Assembly (NCBI GenBank): GCA_963717935.1
Contig: CAVQXP010000004.1
Coordinates: forward strand, 1,920,001-1,984,000
DNA: 64,000 bases
Reading direction: 5' to 3'
Origin: Candidatus Eiseniibacteriota bacterium
GTDB taxonomy: Bacteria; Eisenbacteria; RBG-16-71-46
The notes under the pieces were generated by a model. That model made no database searches and was not told the origin of the DNA. It saw only the letters and a list, made by a program, of their open reading frames with translations. Position 1 is the stretch's first letter. The number at the start of each line of letters is the position of its first letter. Below, piece after piece: positions 55,086-64,000 of this stretch. Made by a program: the position numbers and the translations under genes.

Positions 55086-56798
55086 GTGACGTTCCCCGAC
55101 CCTCGGTGGCTCCTGGCGCTCGCCGTCGTGCCCGTGCTGTCGCTGCTCGAGGTGGCGGCCGTGCGGCGGGCGCGGCGGGGGCTCGCTCGCCTGATCGGAG
55201 AGCGCCCGGACTCCGTGCTGCGCGCGCAGGTGCTCGCGGGCTCGCGGCGCGCCGGGGCGCTGCTGCGGCTCGGCGCGCTGACGGCCCTGATCGTGGGAGC
55301 GGCGGGGCCGGAGTGGGGGCGCGAGGTGGTGCGCCGCGCCTCGAGTGGTTCGGACGTGGTGCTGGTCATGGACGCCTCCGCCAGCATGGACACCCGGGAC
55401 GTGGCACCCTCGCGGCTGGAGGAGGCGCGGCGCGAGGCACTGGCCGCGCTGGAGCGGCTCGAGGGGAGCCGGGTCGGGGTCGTGGCGTTCGCCGGGGACG
55501 CTTCGCGTCTCTGCCCGCTCACGCTCGATCGGAGCGCGGCGCGGCTGACGCTCGAGTCGTTCTCCAGCGGCTCGGTGAGCACGCCGGGCACCGACCTGGG
55601 TCGCGCGCTGCGGCTGGCGGCGCGGGTCATGCCGCCCGGGCGGCGCGACGAGCAGGCCATCGTGCTGTGGACGGACGGGGAGGACCTCGAGCGCGGCGCG
55701 AGGGCCGCCCTGGACGAGATCGCGCTGAGCGGGGTCCGGGTCTTCGCGGTGGGCGTGGGCACGCCGTCGGGTGGCGAGGTGCCGGTGCTGGACGACCAGG
55801 GCCGCGCGGTGGACGTGAAGCGCGAACCGGGCGGGGGCCCCGTGGTGAGCCGGCTGGACGAGTCGCTGCTGAGAATGGTCGCGCGGCGCACCGGCGGCGG
55901 CTACTTTTCCGCGTCGCGCCCTGGCGGAGAGCTGCCGCGGCTGCTGGCCTCGCTGGGCGCGCTGGCGCGCTCGGCAAGGGGCACGCGCATGACCGAGCGG
56001 CCGGTGGCGCGCTTCCGCTGGTTTGCGGTGATCGCGATCGTGCTGCTGTCGCTGGACCTCCTGCGGGCGCGGCGGCGCCGCGAGGCGGAGTCCGAGGCGG
56101 GCGCGCCGCTGCACTCCGAGCGGGGCACGGCCGCGGCGGTGGCACTCCTGGTCCTGCTCGTCCCCGGACCGGCGCGGGCGCAGAGCGAGTGGGCCCGGGG
56201 TGACCGCGCCTTCAGGGCGGGGGAGTGGGCGGCGGCGGAATCCCTCTACGCGCGGCGCCTGAGGCACGGCGCGCCGGAGGAGGTGCGCATGAACCTGGCG
56301 ACGGTGCGGGGGAAGGCGGGGCAGGGGGACCGCGCCGAGCGCGAGCTGTCGGCGCTGGGAGGGCGCGACACGCGCGCGGGACGGGCAGCGGGCTACAATC
56401 TCGGCACGCTCCTGGGCGAGCGGGGCGAACTCGAGCGCGCGCTGGTGGCCCTGCGCGGCACGTTGAAGCGCGACCCGGAGGACGAGGACGCGCGCTGGAA
56501 CTACGAGGTGCTCCTGCGCGAGCGGCAGCGACGCGAGCAGGAGGAGAAACCGAAGCCGGAGCCGAAGCGCCAGGCGGCAGGCGGCGGAGGCGGGAGCGCG
56601 CGGCCGCAGGCCGCACCGCCGAAGCCGCCGCCTGCGGGCGGGCCGCCCCGGGAACAGCCGGCCACGGGGCCGCAGGGGGCGATGAGCCGCTCCGAGGCGG
56701 AGCGGCTGCTGGATGCGCTGGCGGATCTCGAGCGCTCGCAACGGGGACGGCAGCGGAAGACGCGCGCAACGGACGAGAAGAGGGGGAAGGACTGGTGA
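55086..56798 (+). CDS. VWA + TPR protein (BatB-BatC fusion)
   Basis: GPEWG, DASASM, PSRL, WTDGED, then a second hydrophobic segment, TPR (YNLG, ARWNYE) and EAERLLDAL..KDW tail. Confidence 0.82.
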   Translation: MTFPDPRWLLALAVVPVLSLLEVAAVRRARRGLARLIGERPDSVLRAQVLAGSRRAGALLRLGALTALIVGAAGPEWGREVVRRASSGSDVVLVMDASASMDTRDVAPSRLEEARREALAALERLEGSRVGVVAFAGDASRLCPLTLDRSAARLTLESFSSGSVSTPGTDLGRALRLAARVMPPGRRDEQAIVLWTDGEDLERGARAALDEIALSGVRVFAVGVGTPSGGEVPVLDDQGRAVDVKREPGGGPVVSRLDESLLRMVARRTGGGYFSASRPGGELPRLLASLGALARSARGTRMTERPVARFRWFAVIAIVLLSLDLLRARRRREAESEAGAPLHSERGTAAAVALLVLLVPGPARAQSEWARGDRAFRAGEWAAAESLYARRLRHGAPEEVRMNLATVRGKAGQGDRAERELSALGGRDTRAGRAAGYNLGTLLGERGELERALVALRGTLKRDPEDEDARWNYEVLLRERQRREQEEKPKPEPKRQAAGGGGGSARPQAAPPKPPPAGGPPREQPATGPQGAMSRSEAERLLDALADLERSQRGRQRKTRATDEKRGKDW

Positions 56799-59071
56799 GG
56801 CGCGTGGGACTCGCGTTGGCGCTGGCCGTGGTCGCGCTGGCCTGTGTTCCTGCGGGGGCCAGGGCTGCGGGGGAGGTCGTGGCGCGGCTGGAACGGGGGC
56901 GGGGGACGGTGGGCGAAAGCGTGGACTTCGAGGTCGTGGTGAGCGGGGTGGGGGGGGGCATCGAGGCGCCCGCGCTCCAGGTGCCTGCGGGTCTCGAGGT
57001 GCTCGGCGTCTCGCGGGCCGAGAACTACTCGTGGGTCAACGGCCGGAGTTCTTCGCAGACGGTCTTCCTGTACCAGATCGGGCTCCTGCGACCGGGGCGC
57101 TACGCTCTTGGGCCCGTCCGGGTCCGGGCCGGCGGGCAGGTCCTTGCGAGCGGAGTGAGCGACCTGGTGGTGACGGCTGCCGCGCCGGGGCTCGCGACGG
57201 AGTCCGGAGCAGCATCGCTGCTCGTCGATGTGGAGCCGCGGACGCCGTGGGTGGGAGAACCCGTGGTCCTGCGCGTGCGGCTGGTGCTGGCCCAGGATCT
57301 GGCCGAGGAGCCCGCCTACGTGCCACCCATGACCACGGGGTTCTGGGCGGAGACGCCGAGCCGGCCGGAGTCGTACTACGCCACCCAGGGGGGGCGCCGC
57401 GTCCTCGTCACCGAGACGCGGACCCGCCTGTACCCGCTGGCACCGGGGTTGGCGCGCATCGGCCCGGCGGGGGCCGGGGTCGTGTTCCAGGGAGCGGGCG
57501 CGGCAGACCCGTCTCGCTGGGTGTCGGGCCGGGTGCCGCGGCGCGAGGTCACGCTCAGGAGCCGGCCGATCGAGGTGAGCGTCCGCCCGTTGCCGCCGGG
57601 GGCGCCGCAGGGGTTCGACGGTGCGGTGGGGAGGTTCACGACGCGCTGGTCCGCGGACCGCACGCGAACGTCGCAGGACGTCCCGGTCACGGCGCGGCTC
57701 GACGTGCGGGGCGAGGGGAACCTGCCTCTGGTGAAGGCGCCGGCCCTGGCCCTGGAGGACGGGGAGGTGTTCGTGGGCGGGTCGGAGGACAGCCTGCCCA
57801 CTCCCGGGGTGAGGGGAACGGGCCGGAGACGCTTCCAATGGAACGTGCTCCCCCACCGCGCGGGGACGTTGTCGATCGCAGCGCCGGCGTTCGCCTGGTT
57901 CGACCCGGCCGCCGGTGTCTACCGGAGCGCGGTGCTGGCGCCGCTCGTGGTGGAGGTGGGCCCGGCGGTCTTCTCCTCGGGCGGGGAGCGCGACGTGTTC
58001 CCGGCGATCTTCCTGCGCGAGGCGCGCGACCCCTTTGCCCGGGGCGCGGCGCCCTGGGCCTGGGCGCTGGCGGGGTTGCTCGGGGGCGCTGCCGCCGTGG
58101 CGTGGCGCGTTCGGCCGGCGGCGGATCCGCACGCGGAGACGCGCGCCCGGGTGGCAGCCTGGCGCAATGTGTTGCGCGCCCCCGGAGGGGCGGCCTTCTG
58201 GCGGGCTGCCGAGGAAGCCGCCGAGTGGCTGGAAGGCAGCGGCAGGCCGGTCGGCGAGGTCCGCGCGCAGGTCGTCGCCACGCGCTACGGGGACGGCGAT
58301 GCGGACGTGGACGCGGTGCGGCTGCGCCTCTCGAGAGAATTGACGGCCGCTCTGCCCGCGGCAGCGGTGCGGCGGGGATGGCGGCCCGCGGCGGTGGCGC
58401 TGGCCGGAATCGCGGTGATCCTCGTGGTCCTGAGCGGCGTGCCCCTGGGCGAGAGCGCGAACTCGCTCCGGCTGCGGGCGACGGACCGCGTGGCGCGCGA
58501 GGGGGACGTAGCGCGGGCGCGGACCGCGTGGATCGGGATGTGGGCGGAGGGCGCGCGGGGGCCGGGGTTGGCCGCGCGGCTGGCGTGGGCCGAAGCGACG
58601 GGGGGTGCGTTGGGGCCTGCCGCCGTCTGGGTGCTGCGGGGCGAGCAGAGCGATGCGCGCGACCCGGCGCTGGCGTGGGTCGCCGACCTCGTGCGCGAGG
58701 GCGGCGGGCTCGCGGGTGCGCGCCCGGTGAGGCTCCCGGTTCGCCGGGCGGAATGGGCGGTGCTCGCTCTGGCGCTGGGGCTTGGGGCCGGGGCGGTCTG
58801 GCCGAGACGAGGGCTGGCGCTGACGCTCGGCGTGCTGGCGGTGTGCTCGGCGGGAGTGGAGCCAGTGCAGGATGTGTGGGCTGCTCACGTCGGCCAGTCG
58901 GTAGTGGGCAGGAACGTGACCCTGGAGGGCGCGGCAGGCCTCGAACTCGAGACCGGACAGGTCGTGGAGGTGCTGCGGAGCGAAGGGGCGTGGGCCCAGG
59001 TCCGGGCGGGCCGTGAAGTGGAGGGGCGGGTGCCCGTGGGGGCCTTGCTGCCGGTGGGGAGGTCGCGATGA
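56795..59071 (+). CDS. BatD-like protein fused to a BatE-like TPR/SH3 C-terminus
   Basis: YSWVNG, GAVGRF, GEGNL, FAWFDP, TM segments, SH3-like end GQVVEVL..WAQV..EGRVP. Confidence 0.78.
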   Translation: MRRVGLALALAVVALACVPAGARAAGEVVARLERGRGTVGESVDFEVVVSGVGGGIEAPALQVPAGLEVLGVSRAENYSWVNGRSSSQTVFLYQIGLLRPGRYALGPVRVRAGGQVLASGVSDLVVTAAAPGLATESGAASLLVDVEPRTPWVGEPVVLRVRLVLAQDLAEEPAYVPPMTTGFWAETPSRPESYYATQGGRRVLVTETRTRLYPLAPGLARIGPAGAGVVFQGAGAADPSRWVSGRVPRREVTLRSRPIEVSVRPLPPGAPQGFDGAVGRFTTRWSADRTRTSQDVPVTARLDVRGEGNLPLVKAPALALEDGEVFVGGSEDSLPTPGVRGTGRRRFQWNVLPHRAGTLSIAAPAFAWFDPAAGVYRSAVLAPLVVEVGPAVFSSGGERDVFPAIFLREARDPFARGAAPWAWALAGLLGGAAAVAWRVRPAADPHAETRARVAAWRNVLRAPGGAAFWRAAEEAAEWLEGSGRPVGEVRAQVVATRYGDGDADVDAVRLRLSRELTAALPAAAVRRGWRPAAVALAGIAVILVVLSGVPLGESANSLRLRATDRVAREGDVARARTAWIGMWAEGARGPGLAARLAWAEATGGALGPAAVWVLRGEQSDARDPALAWVADLVREGGGLAGARPVRLPVRRAEWAVLALALGLGAGAVWPRRGLALTLGVLAVCSAGVEPVQDVWAAHVGQSVVGRNVTLEGAAGLELETGQVVEVLRSEGAWAQVRAGREVEGRVPVGALLPVGRSR

Positions 59072-59637
59072 AGGCGCTGATGCTGGCGCTCGCGCTGCTG
59101 AGCCCCGTCGAGCGTCTGGACCTGGCGGTCGCGCGCGAGGTGCAGGGTGCGCGGCGTCCGGCGCTCGAGGGAGTCATGCACCAGGCCACGGCGGTCGGTC
59201 GCCCGGTGGTCGTGGTGGGGGGGCTCGCGATCGTGCTGGCCGTGGACTTGGCCAGCGGGGGGGGCTGGAGCACGCTACGGCTGGCGGTGGCAGGGCTGGC
59301 AGGGACGAACCTCGTGGTGGAGCTGCTCAAGCGCGCCGTCGGGCGCCAGCGGCCGGACGGGGAGCAGAAGCGCTCGAACTCCTCGTTCCCTTCGAGTCAC
59401 GCCGCGAACGCCTTCGCGCTGGCGTGGGTCCTCGGCGCGCGGTGGCGCCGCGGGATCCCGCTCTTCGTCGCCCTGGCGCTGCTGGTCGCGTTCTCGCGCA
59501 TGTACCTGAACCGGCACTTTCTGAGCGACGTGGTGGTCGGCGCGCTGATCGGCATGGCCATCATGGGGGTGGCGCAGGTCTGGCTGCCGCTCCGTCGGCG
59601 CACGGCGGGGCCCGGGACGGCGAGGCCCGCGCGCTGA
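59068..59637 (+). CDS. PAP2-family membrane phosphatase
   Basis: KRAVGRQRP, SFPSSH, SRMYLNRHFLSDV. Confidence 0.9.
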   Translation: MKALMLALALLSPVERLDLAVAREVQGARRPALEGVMHQATAVGRPVVVVGGLAIVLAVDLASGGGWSTLRLAVAGLAGTNLVVELLKRAVGRQRPDGEQKRSNSSFPSSHAANAFALAWVLGARWRRGIPLFVALALLVAFSRMYLNRHFLSDVVVGALIGMAIMGVAQVWLPLRRRTAGPGTARPAR

Positions 59638-59704
59638 GGAGGGCTGCGGGGCTGGCGGGGGCCCGGGGGCTTTGCTATCGTGCGAGCAGGAGGTCGTGCG
59701 AGCG

Positions 59705-60169
59705 ATGGCGATCGTGGTCGGTCCTGCTCTGCACCCTGCTTACCTCATCGCGGATCTCAAGAGTTGCAGCCGTGATTCCGTTCTCGGCGAACTGGCGCGC
59801 CAGGCGCAGGGGATCGGTGTCACGCGAGAACCCGGGCCACTCCGCGCCACGCTGCGGATGCGTGAGCGCCTCGGGTCCACCGGCCTGGGACACGGGTTGG
59901 CCGTCCCGAACGCCCGGTCGCTTCTTGTGACGAGGCCCGCCCTGCTGGTGGGCCGCTCGCGGCGCGGTGTGGACTGGGGGGCGGAGGACGGTGCCCCGGT
60001 CCAGGTCGTCCTGCTGGTGATCTCGCCGGCGGGGACGAGCGCGCCGTGCCATGTGGCTGCGGTGGCCCGCGCGGTCGCAGCCACCCGCACCGCACGGGTG
60101 CGACAGCGCCTGTTCGAGTGCGACAGCCCCGCCGGGATCGCGGAGTTGCTCCGGGGGGGGCCGGGATGA
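59705..60169 (+). CDS. PTS EIIA (Ntr/Fru-type)-like protein with Asn at the phospho-His position
   Basis: RERLGSTGLGHGLAVPNAR versus family RE..GSTG.G.G.A.PH; GRSRRGVDWGAEDG.PV. Confidence 0.8.
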   Translation: MAIVVGPALHPAYLIADLKSCSRDSVLGELARQAQGIGVTREPGPLRATLRMRERLGSTGLGHGLAVPNARSLLVTRPALLVGRSRRGVDWGAEDGAPVQVVLLVISPAGTSAPCHVAAVARAVAATRTARVRQRLFECDSPAGIAELLRGGPG

Positions 60170-60501
60170 CGGACTGGAGCGACGTGGTCAGCCTGCACGA
60201 CCTCGACCTGCTGATCGAGGAGGCGCGTTCCGGCGGCTCGCGAGAGCGCACGTTGAGCCTGGGCTTCCGCCTGGCGGGGCTGCCGGCGGTCGAGCGGGCG
60301 CGGGCCCGCGTCCATGCGCGGCTGGGCGGCCGGTGGGTGCAGGCCTACGAGCGGGCGCAGCGGCGCTACGGGCGTGGGGTCGTGGCCGTGCGCGATGGCG
60401 TCTGCCAGGGCTGCTTCATCACGCTGCCCACCTGCGCCGCGGCGACCCCCGACTCCCTGACGGTCTGCGAGTCCTGCGGCCGGATCCTGTTCTGGCGCTG
60501 A
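60166..60501 (+). CDS. Short C4-type zinc-ribbon protein (DUF164-like, most of the coiled coil missing)
   Basis: LHDLD start, YER...GVVAVRDGVCQGC...CESCGRIL; ATGA overlap with the EIIA gene. Confidence 0.8.
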   Translation: MTDWSDVVSLHDLDLLIEEARSGGSRERTLSLGFRLAGLPAVERARARVHARLGGRWVQAYERAQRRYGRGVVAVRDGVCQGCFITLPTCAAATPDSLTVCESCGRILFWR

Positions 60502-60585
60502 AGGGTCCACGCGCGGGTCCACGCGGAAGCGTGGGCTGCGTTATGCTGTGCAAGCCCGGACCGGGCGTGGAACGGAGGATCCGTG

Positions 60586-61008
60586 ATGAGGGTGAGCCGG
60601 GGGTGGTACGTTCTCATGTTGCTCGGGTGGAGCATGGGGACGGGGTGCACGGCGTTGCGCGAGATCCCGCGCGCGGAATACCTGGAGCGTGCGCAGGAAC
60701 GGCCCATCCGGGTCGTGACACACGAGGGCCTGAGTTACGAGCTGGACGCGGGGAAGATCGAGGCCGACACGCTGGTGGGATACCGTCGCCGGGATGTCGA
60801 GGGACCGATCGACGAGTTCGACACCATTCGCCTGCCGCTCGATGACGTGGCCACGATCTCGGCCCGGCGGATCGACTGGTACCGGACGGGCATGGTCGGT
60901 GGGCTGTCCATGGCGGTGATCGTCGCCGTGGCGATCAGCCGGCACGCGTCCGGCGGCGCGGCGACCGTGGCGGAACCGTGCGATGATTCGAAGATACCCT
61001 GCTACTAG
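60586..61008 (+). CDS. Putative lipoprotein
   Basis: GGAGG RBS, signal peptide ending GTGC, C-terminal hydrophobic helix; TATGCT at 60542. Confidence 0.6.
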   Translation: MRVSRGWYVLMLLGWSMGTGCTALREIPRAEYLERAQERPIRVVTHEGLSYELDAGKIEADTLVGYRRRDVEGPIDEFDTIRLPLDDVATISARRIDWYRTGMVGGLSMAVIVAVAISRHASGGAATVAEPCDDSKIPCY

Positions 61009-61009
61009 G

Positions 61010-61369
61010 TCAGCGCGTCAGAGCGTGCGTGGCCACCGCGGCGAGGCCCGCGCCGATCGCGTCGGCCGCGAGGTCCACGGCATCGAATCCGCCGTGGCGG
61101 CGGTCCCGGATCTCCTTGACCAGGCCGAGCGTGAGCGCGCTCGCGGCGGCGCTGGCGGGCTGCCGGGAGAGGAGCCCGACGCCGAGACCGAGGGTGAAGG
61201 CGAAGGAGGCGTGCTCCAGGCGGTCGGGCCGTAGCAGGCCGGTCTGCCACGCGCGTATGGCCGGCGGGGGCGGTGGGGGCGACGCGGTGGTCTGGGCAAG
61301 CACGGCCGCGGGGGCGAGCGCGAGCCGGAAGAGGAGCGCGAGACTGACCAGCCCTGCGATGGACCTCAA
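61010..61369 (-). CDS. Small membrane protein, YfiM-like
   Basis: AGGAGG RBS before TTG 61369; signal peptide; DRLEH..KEIRD..GFDAVDLAAD pattern. Confidence 0.6.
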   Translation of the reverse strand: MRSIAGLVSLALLFRLALAPAAVLAQTTASPPPPPPAIRAWQTGLLRPDRLEHASFAFTLGLGVGLLSRQPASAAASALTLGLVKEIRDRRHGGFDAVDLAADAIGAGLAAVATHALTR

Positions 61370-61422
61370 CGGAGCCTCCTCGGGTTGCCCGGCCGGGCCG
61401 GGGCGCGGAGTCTGCGGCGTGG

Positions 61423-62854
61423 ATGAACCCGCCTCTCGGGCGATTCGCGGTGCCTGAGCTCGAGCCGGTCGCCGCGGCGCGCCTTGCGGCGCATCCATGG
61501 CCCGCGCAGGCGCTCGCCGTGCTCGAGCGGCTGCGCGCGGGCGGGCACCAAGCTTACCTCGTCGGGGGCGCGTTGCGCGACGTGCTGCTGGGCCGGGCGG
61601 GGGCGGAGTTGCTGGACGTGGCGACGGACCGCCGGCCGGATGAGGTCATGGCCCTGTTCCCGCGCATCGAGCCGATCGGGATCGCGCATGGCACGGTGCT
61701 CGTGATGTTCGAGGGGCTCGCTCTGGAGTGCACCACGTTCCGGCGCGAGGGTGCGTACGCGGACGCGCGCCACCCGGACGACGTGGAGTTCACCACGGAC
61801 CTGCGCGCGGACCTGGGGCGGCGCGACTTCACCGTGAACGCCCTGGCGTACGATCCGCTGAGCGGCGTGCTGGTGGACGTCCACGGTGGGCTCTTGGACC
61901 TGGAACACCGCCGCCTGCGGGCGGTGGGAGATCCGCTGGCGCGCTTCCGCGAAGACGCGCTCCGTCCCGGTGCGGGCGGCCCGCTTCGCGGCCACCCTGG
62001 AGTTCGCGATCGAGCCCGCCACGCGCGCGGCCCTCGGGGGAGTGGTGGATCGCGCGCGGCTCGTGGCGCCGGAGCGCGTGCGCGAGGAACTGGTGAAGCT
62101 GATGGCCGCGCGGCGGCCCTCAACCGGTCTCGAGCTGCTGCGCGAGGCGGGGCTGCTGGAGCTGTGGATGCCGGAGCTCACGCGGTGCCACGGCGTGCCG
62201 CAGAACCGCTGGCACGCGCACGATGTCTACACCCATTTGCTTGAGACCTGCGATCACGCGCCGACGGCGAAGGCCTTGGTGCGGTGGGCCGCCCTGCTGC
62301 ACGACATCGGCAAGCCCGACACGCGCGTCGAGCGGCGGGGCGACGGGACCTTCTACGGGCATCAGACGGTGGGAGCGGATCTGGCCGACCGCCTGCTTGA
62401 GCGGCTGCGGTTCCCGGGCGTCCAGCGCGCGGCGGTCGTTCACCTGGTGCGCGAGCACATGTTCGACTACCGGTCGGAGTGGAGCGACGCGGCGGTGCGA
62501 CGCTGGGTGCGCCGCGTCGGGGAGGAAGCGGTCGCGGACCTGTTCGACCTGCGCATCGCGGACATGCTGGGCAACGGCCTGAAGACGGGCTTCCCGGCGC
62601 AGTTGGAACCGCTGCGGCGGCGCATCGGGCGCGTGCTGGCCGGATCCCACGCCCTGCGCGTCCGCGACCTCGCGGTGGACGGGAGTGACGTGATGGGGGC
62701 GCTCGGCATCGGGCCGGGCGTGGTGGTGGGGGAGGCGCTGGAAGGGCTGCTGGAGGACGTGCTCGAGGAGCCGGGCCGTAACACGCGCGAGTGGCTGCTG
62801 GCGCGGTTGGCGGAGTTGCGTGCGACGCGCGCCGGCACGTCCGGCGGCGCTTGA
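61423..62854 (+). CDS. cca: Class II CCA-type tRNA nucleotidyltransferase with HD domain (frameshift near 61967)
   Basis: VGGALRD, HGTV, RRDFTVNAL, FREDALR, ERVREEL, QNRWH, LLHDIGKP, FYGH. Confidence 0.85.
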
Positions 62855-62880
62855 CACCCTCGAAGAGCGGCCCGTATCCT
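62851..62880 (+). promoter_or_regulatory. Putative sigma70 promoter of the polyprenyl synthase gene
   Basis: TTGACA-18 nt-TATCCT. Confidence 0.65.
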
Positions 62881-62929
62881 GCTTGCCGCATCTGATCGGC
62901 GCATCGTCCCCGTCCCCGGAAGACTCGAC

Positions 62930-63982
62930 ATGTCGTTCGCCGCGGTCCAGAGGCCGGTACGCCGCGAGTTGGTGCAGGTCCAGGGCCTGCTGCGCGACGC
63001 GTTCCGGACCTCGATCCCCATCCTGAACCGGGTGGGCGGGCATGTGCTCGCCACCCGGGGCAAGAAGTTCCGTCCCACGCTGTTGCTCCTGACGGCGCGC
63101 GTGCGCGACCGACTCGACGAGCCGGCGGTGCTGTCGGCGGCGGTAGTCGAGATGATGCACGCGGCAGCGCTCATCCACGACGACTCGGTGGACCGTAGCG
63201 CGCTGCGCCGGGGCCTGCCGACGGTCAACGGACTGTGGACGGATGAGATGGCGATCATCATGGGGGACTACCTCTTCGCGCACGCAATGGGGTTGATGGT
63301 GCGTAACCGCCTCGAGCACGCGCTCGAGGTGCTGGCGCGGGTCGTGATGGAGATGTCGTGCGGCGAGGCCCTGGAGTTCCAGTACGCCTACGACCTCGAA
63401 GTGACCGAGGAGCAGTACACGGAGATGGTCCGGGCCAAGACGGGCTCGTTGATCGGGGCCGCCGCCGAGATCGGGGCGGGTCACGCCGCGGACCGCGGCG
63501 CCCGGCGGCCCGTCGCGAAGACGACGAGCCGGACCCGCCGGCCGCCGCACGGGGCGCGGGTGACGTTCCGCGAGTTCGGGGAGCGGCTGGGCGTGGCATT
63601 CCAGATCGTGGATGACCTGTTCGACTACCTGGGCGATCCTGAGGTCACGGGCAAGCCGATGGGCTCGGACCTGGCGGAGGGCAAGGTCACGCTGCCGCTC
63701 ATCGCGGCCCTGCGGGAGGCGAGCGAGGTCGACCGGCGCCGGCTCAAGCGCCTCGCGCTGCGTCAGCGCTGGACCGCGGCCCAGTGGAACCAATTGCGGG
63801 CCCTGATCGAGAAGTGCGGCGGCTTCGCGTACGCGCGCACGTGTGCCGAGGGCTTCGCGGTCGATTCGAGGCGTCTGCTCGACGAGGCGCTGGGGCCTGG
63901 CGGATCGCGCTCGGCGCCTGCCACGGCGGCCCACCGGGCGCTGCGCCAGGCGGTGGATTATGCGGTGCGTCGTGATCACTGA
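62930..63982 (+). CDS. trans-Polyprenyl diphosphate synthase (IspB/HepT-like)
   Basis: GKKFRP, IHDDSVD..RRG, KTG, FQIVDDLFD, GKPMGSDL.EGKVTLP. Confidence 0.92.
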   Translation: MSFAAVQRPVRRELVQVQGLLRDAFRTSIPILNRVGGHVLATRGKKFRPTLLLLTARVRDRLDEPAVLSAAVVEMMHAAALIHDDSVDRSALRRGLPTVNGLWTDEMAIIMGDYLFAHAMGLMVRNRLEHALEVLARVVMEMSCGEALEFQYAYDLEVTEEQYTEMVRAKTGSLIGAAAEIGAGHAADRGARRPVAKTTSRTRRPPHGARVTFREFGERLGVAFQIVDDLFDYLGDPEVTGKPMGSDLAEGKVTLPLIAALREASEVDRRRLKRLALRQRWTAAQWNQLRALIEKCGGFAYARTCAEGFAVDSRRLLDEALGPGGSRSAPATAAHRALRQAVDYAVRRDH

Positions 63983-64000
63983 CGTGCCCTGCCGGCGAGT

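Noticed and set aside
60503..60534. Tandem GGGTCCACGCG x2 with a small hairpin
   Set aside because: Only two copies and no spacers; not CRISPR or a convincing repeat family
63480..63565. Basic insertion in the polyprenyl synthase
   Set aside because: Low-complexity loop in a variable region; similar Arg/Pro-rich linkers occur in pcrA and other genes here

Overview
Very GC-rich (roughly 70%+ by eye) core-genome segment of a diderm bacterium. Gene content and order loosely suggest an FCB-related candidate lineage such as Ca. Eisenbacteria, which is inference only. All genes but one are on the + strand. Order: mutS2 (partial), dnaG, rpoD, tRNA-Ile2(CAT), tRNA-Val(CAC), C4 zinc-ribbon gene, patatin, TMTC-like glycosyltransferase, rnhA, rnpB, second TMTC-like gene, recJ, rel, dtd, maf, rplM, rpsI, rpsB, tsf, pyrH, frr, uppS, cdsA, dxr, three glycosyltransferases, rseP, tamA, tamB, a peptidase/beta-propeller/Omp85 fusion, pcrA, gatCAB, purD, purE, tsaC, ywlE-like phosphatase, ilvE, rpiB, glyA, an orphan behind a sigma54 promoter, a MoxR/DUF58/Bat operon, PAP2, a PTS EIIA-like gene, a mini zinc-ribbon gene, a lipoprotein, a YfiM-like gene (- strand), a CCA-type nucleotidyltransferase and a polyprenyl synthase. 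Many essential genes are frameshifted, mostly by single extra bases; I read these as sequencing errors, not pseudogenes. I see no CRISPR array, IS, prophage, rRNA or defence system. Best novelty candidates: (1) an EIIA-like protein with Asn in place of the phospho-acceptor His, coupled to a shortened CdsZ/HP0958-type zinc ribbon; (2) RNase P RNA overlapping the end of a probably leaderless rnhA; (3) a POTRA-less metallopeptidase-propeller-Omp85 fusion next to tamAB; (4) a switch-like leader upstream of the full-length zinc-ribbon gene; (5) a sigma54-driven orphan gene.
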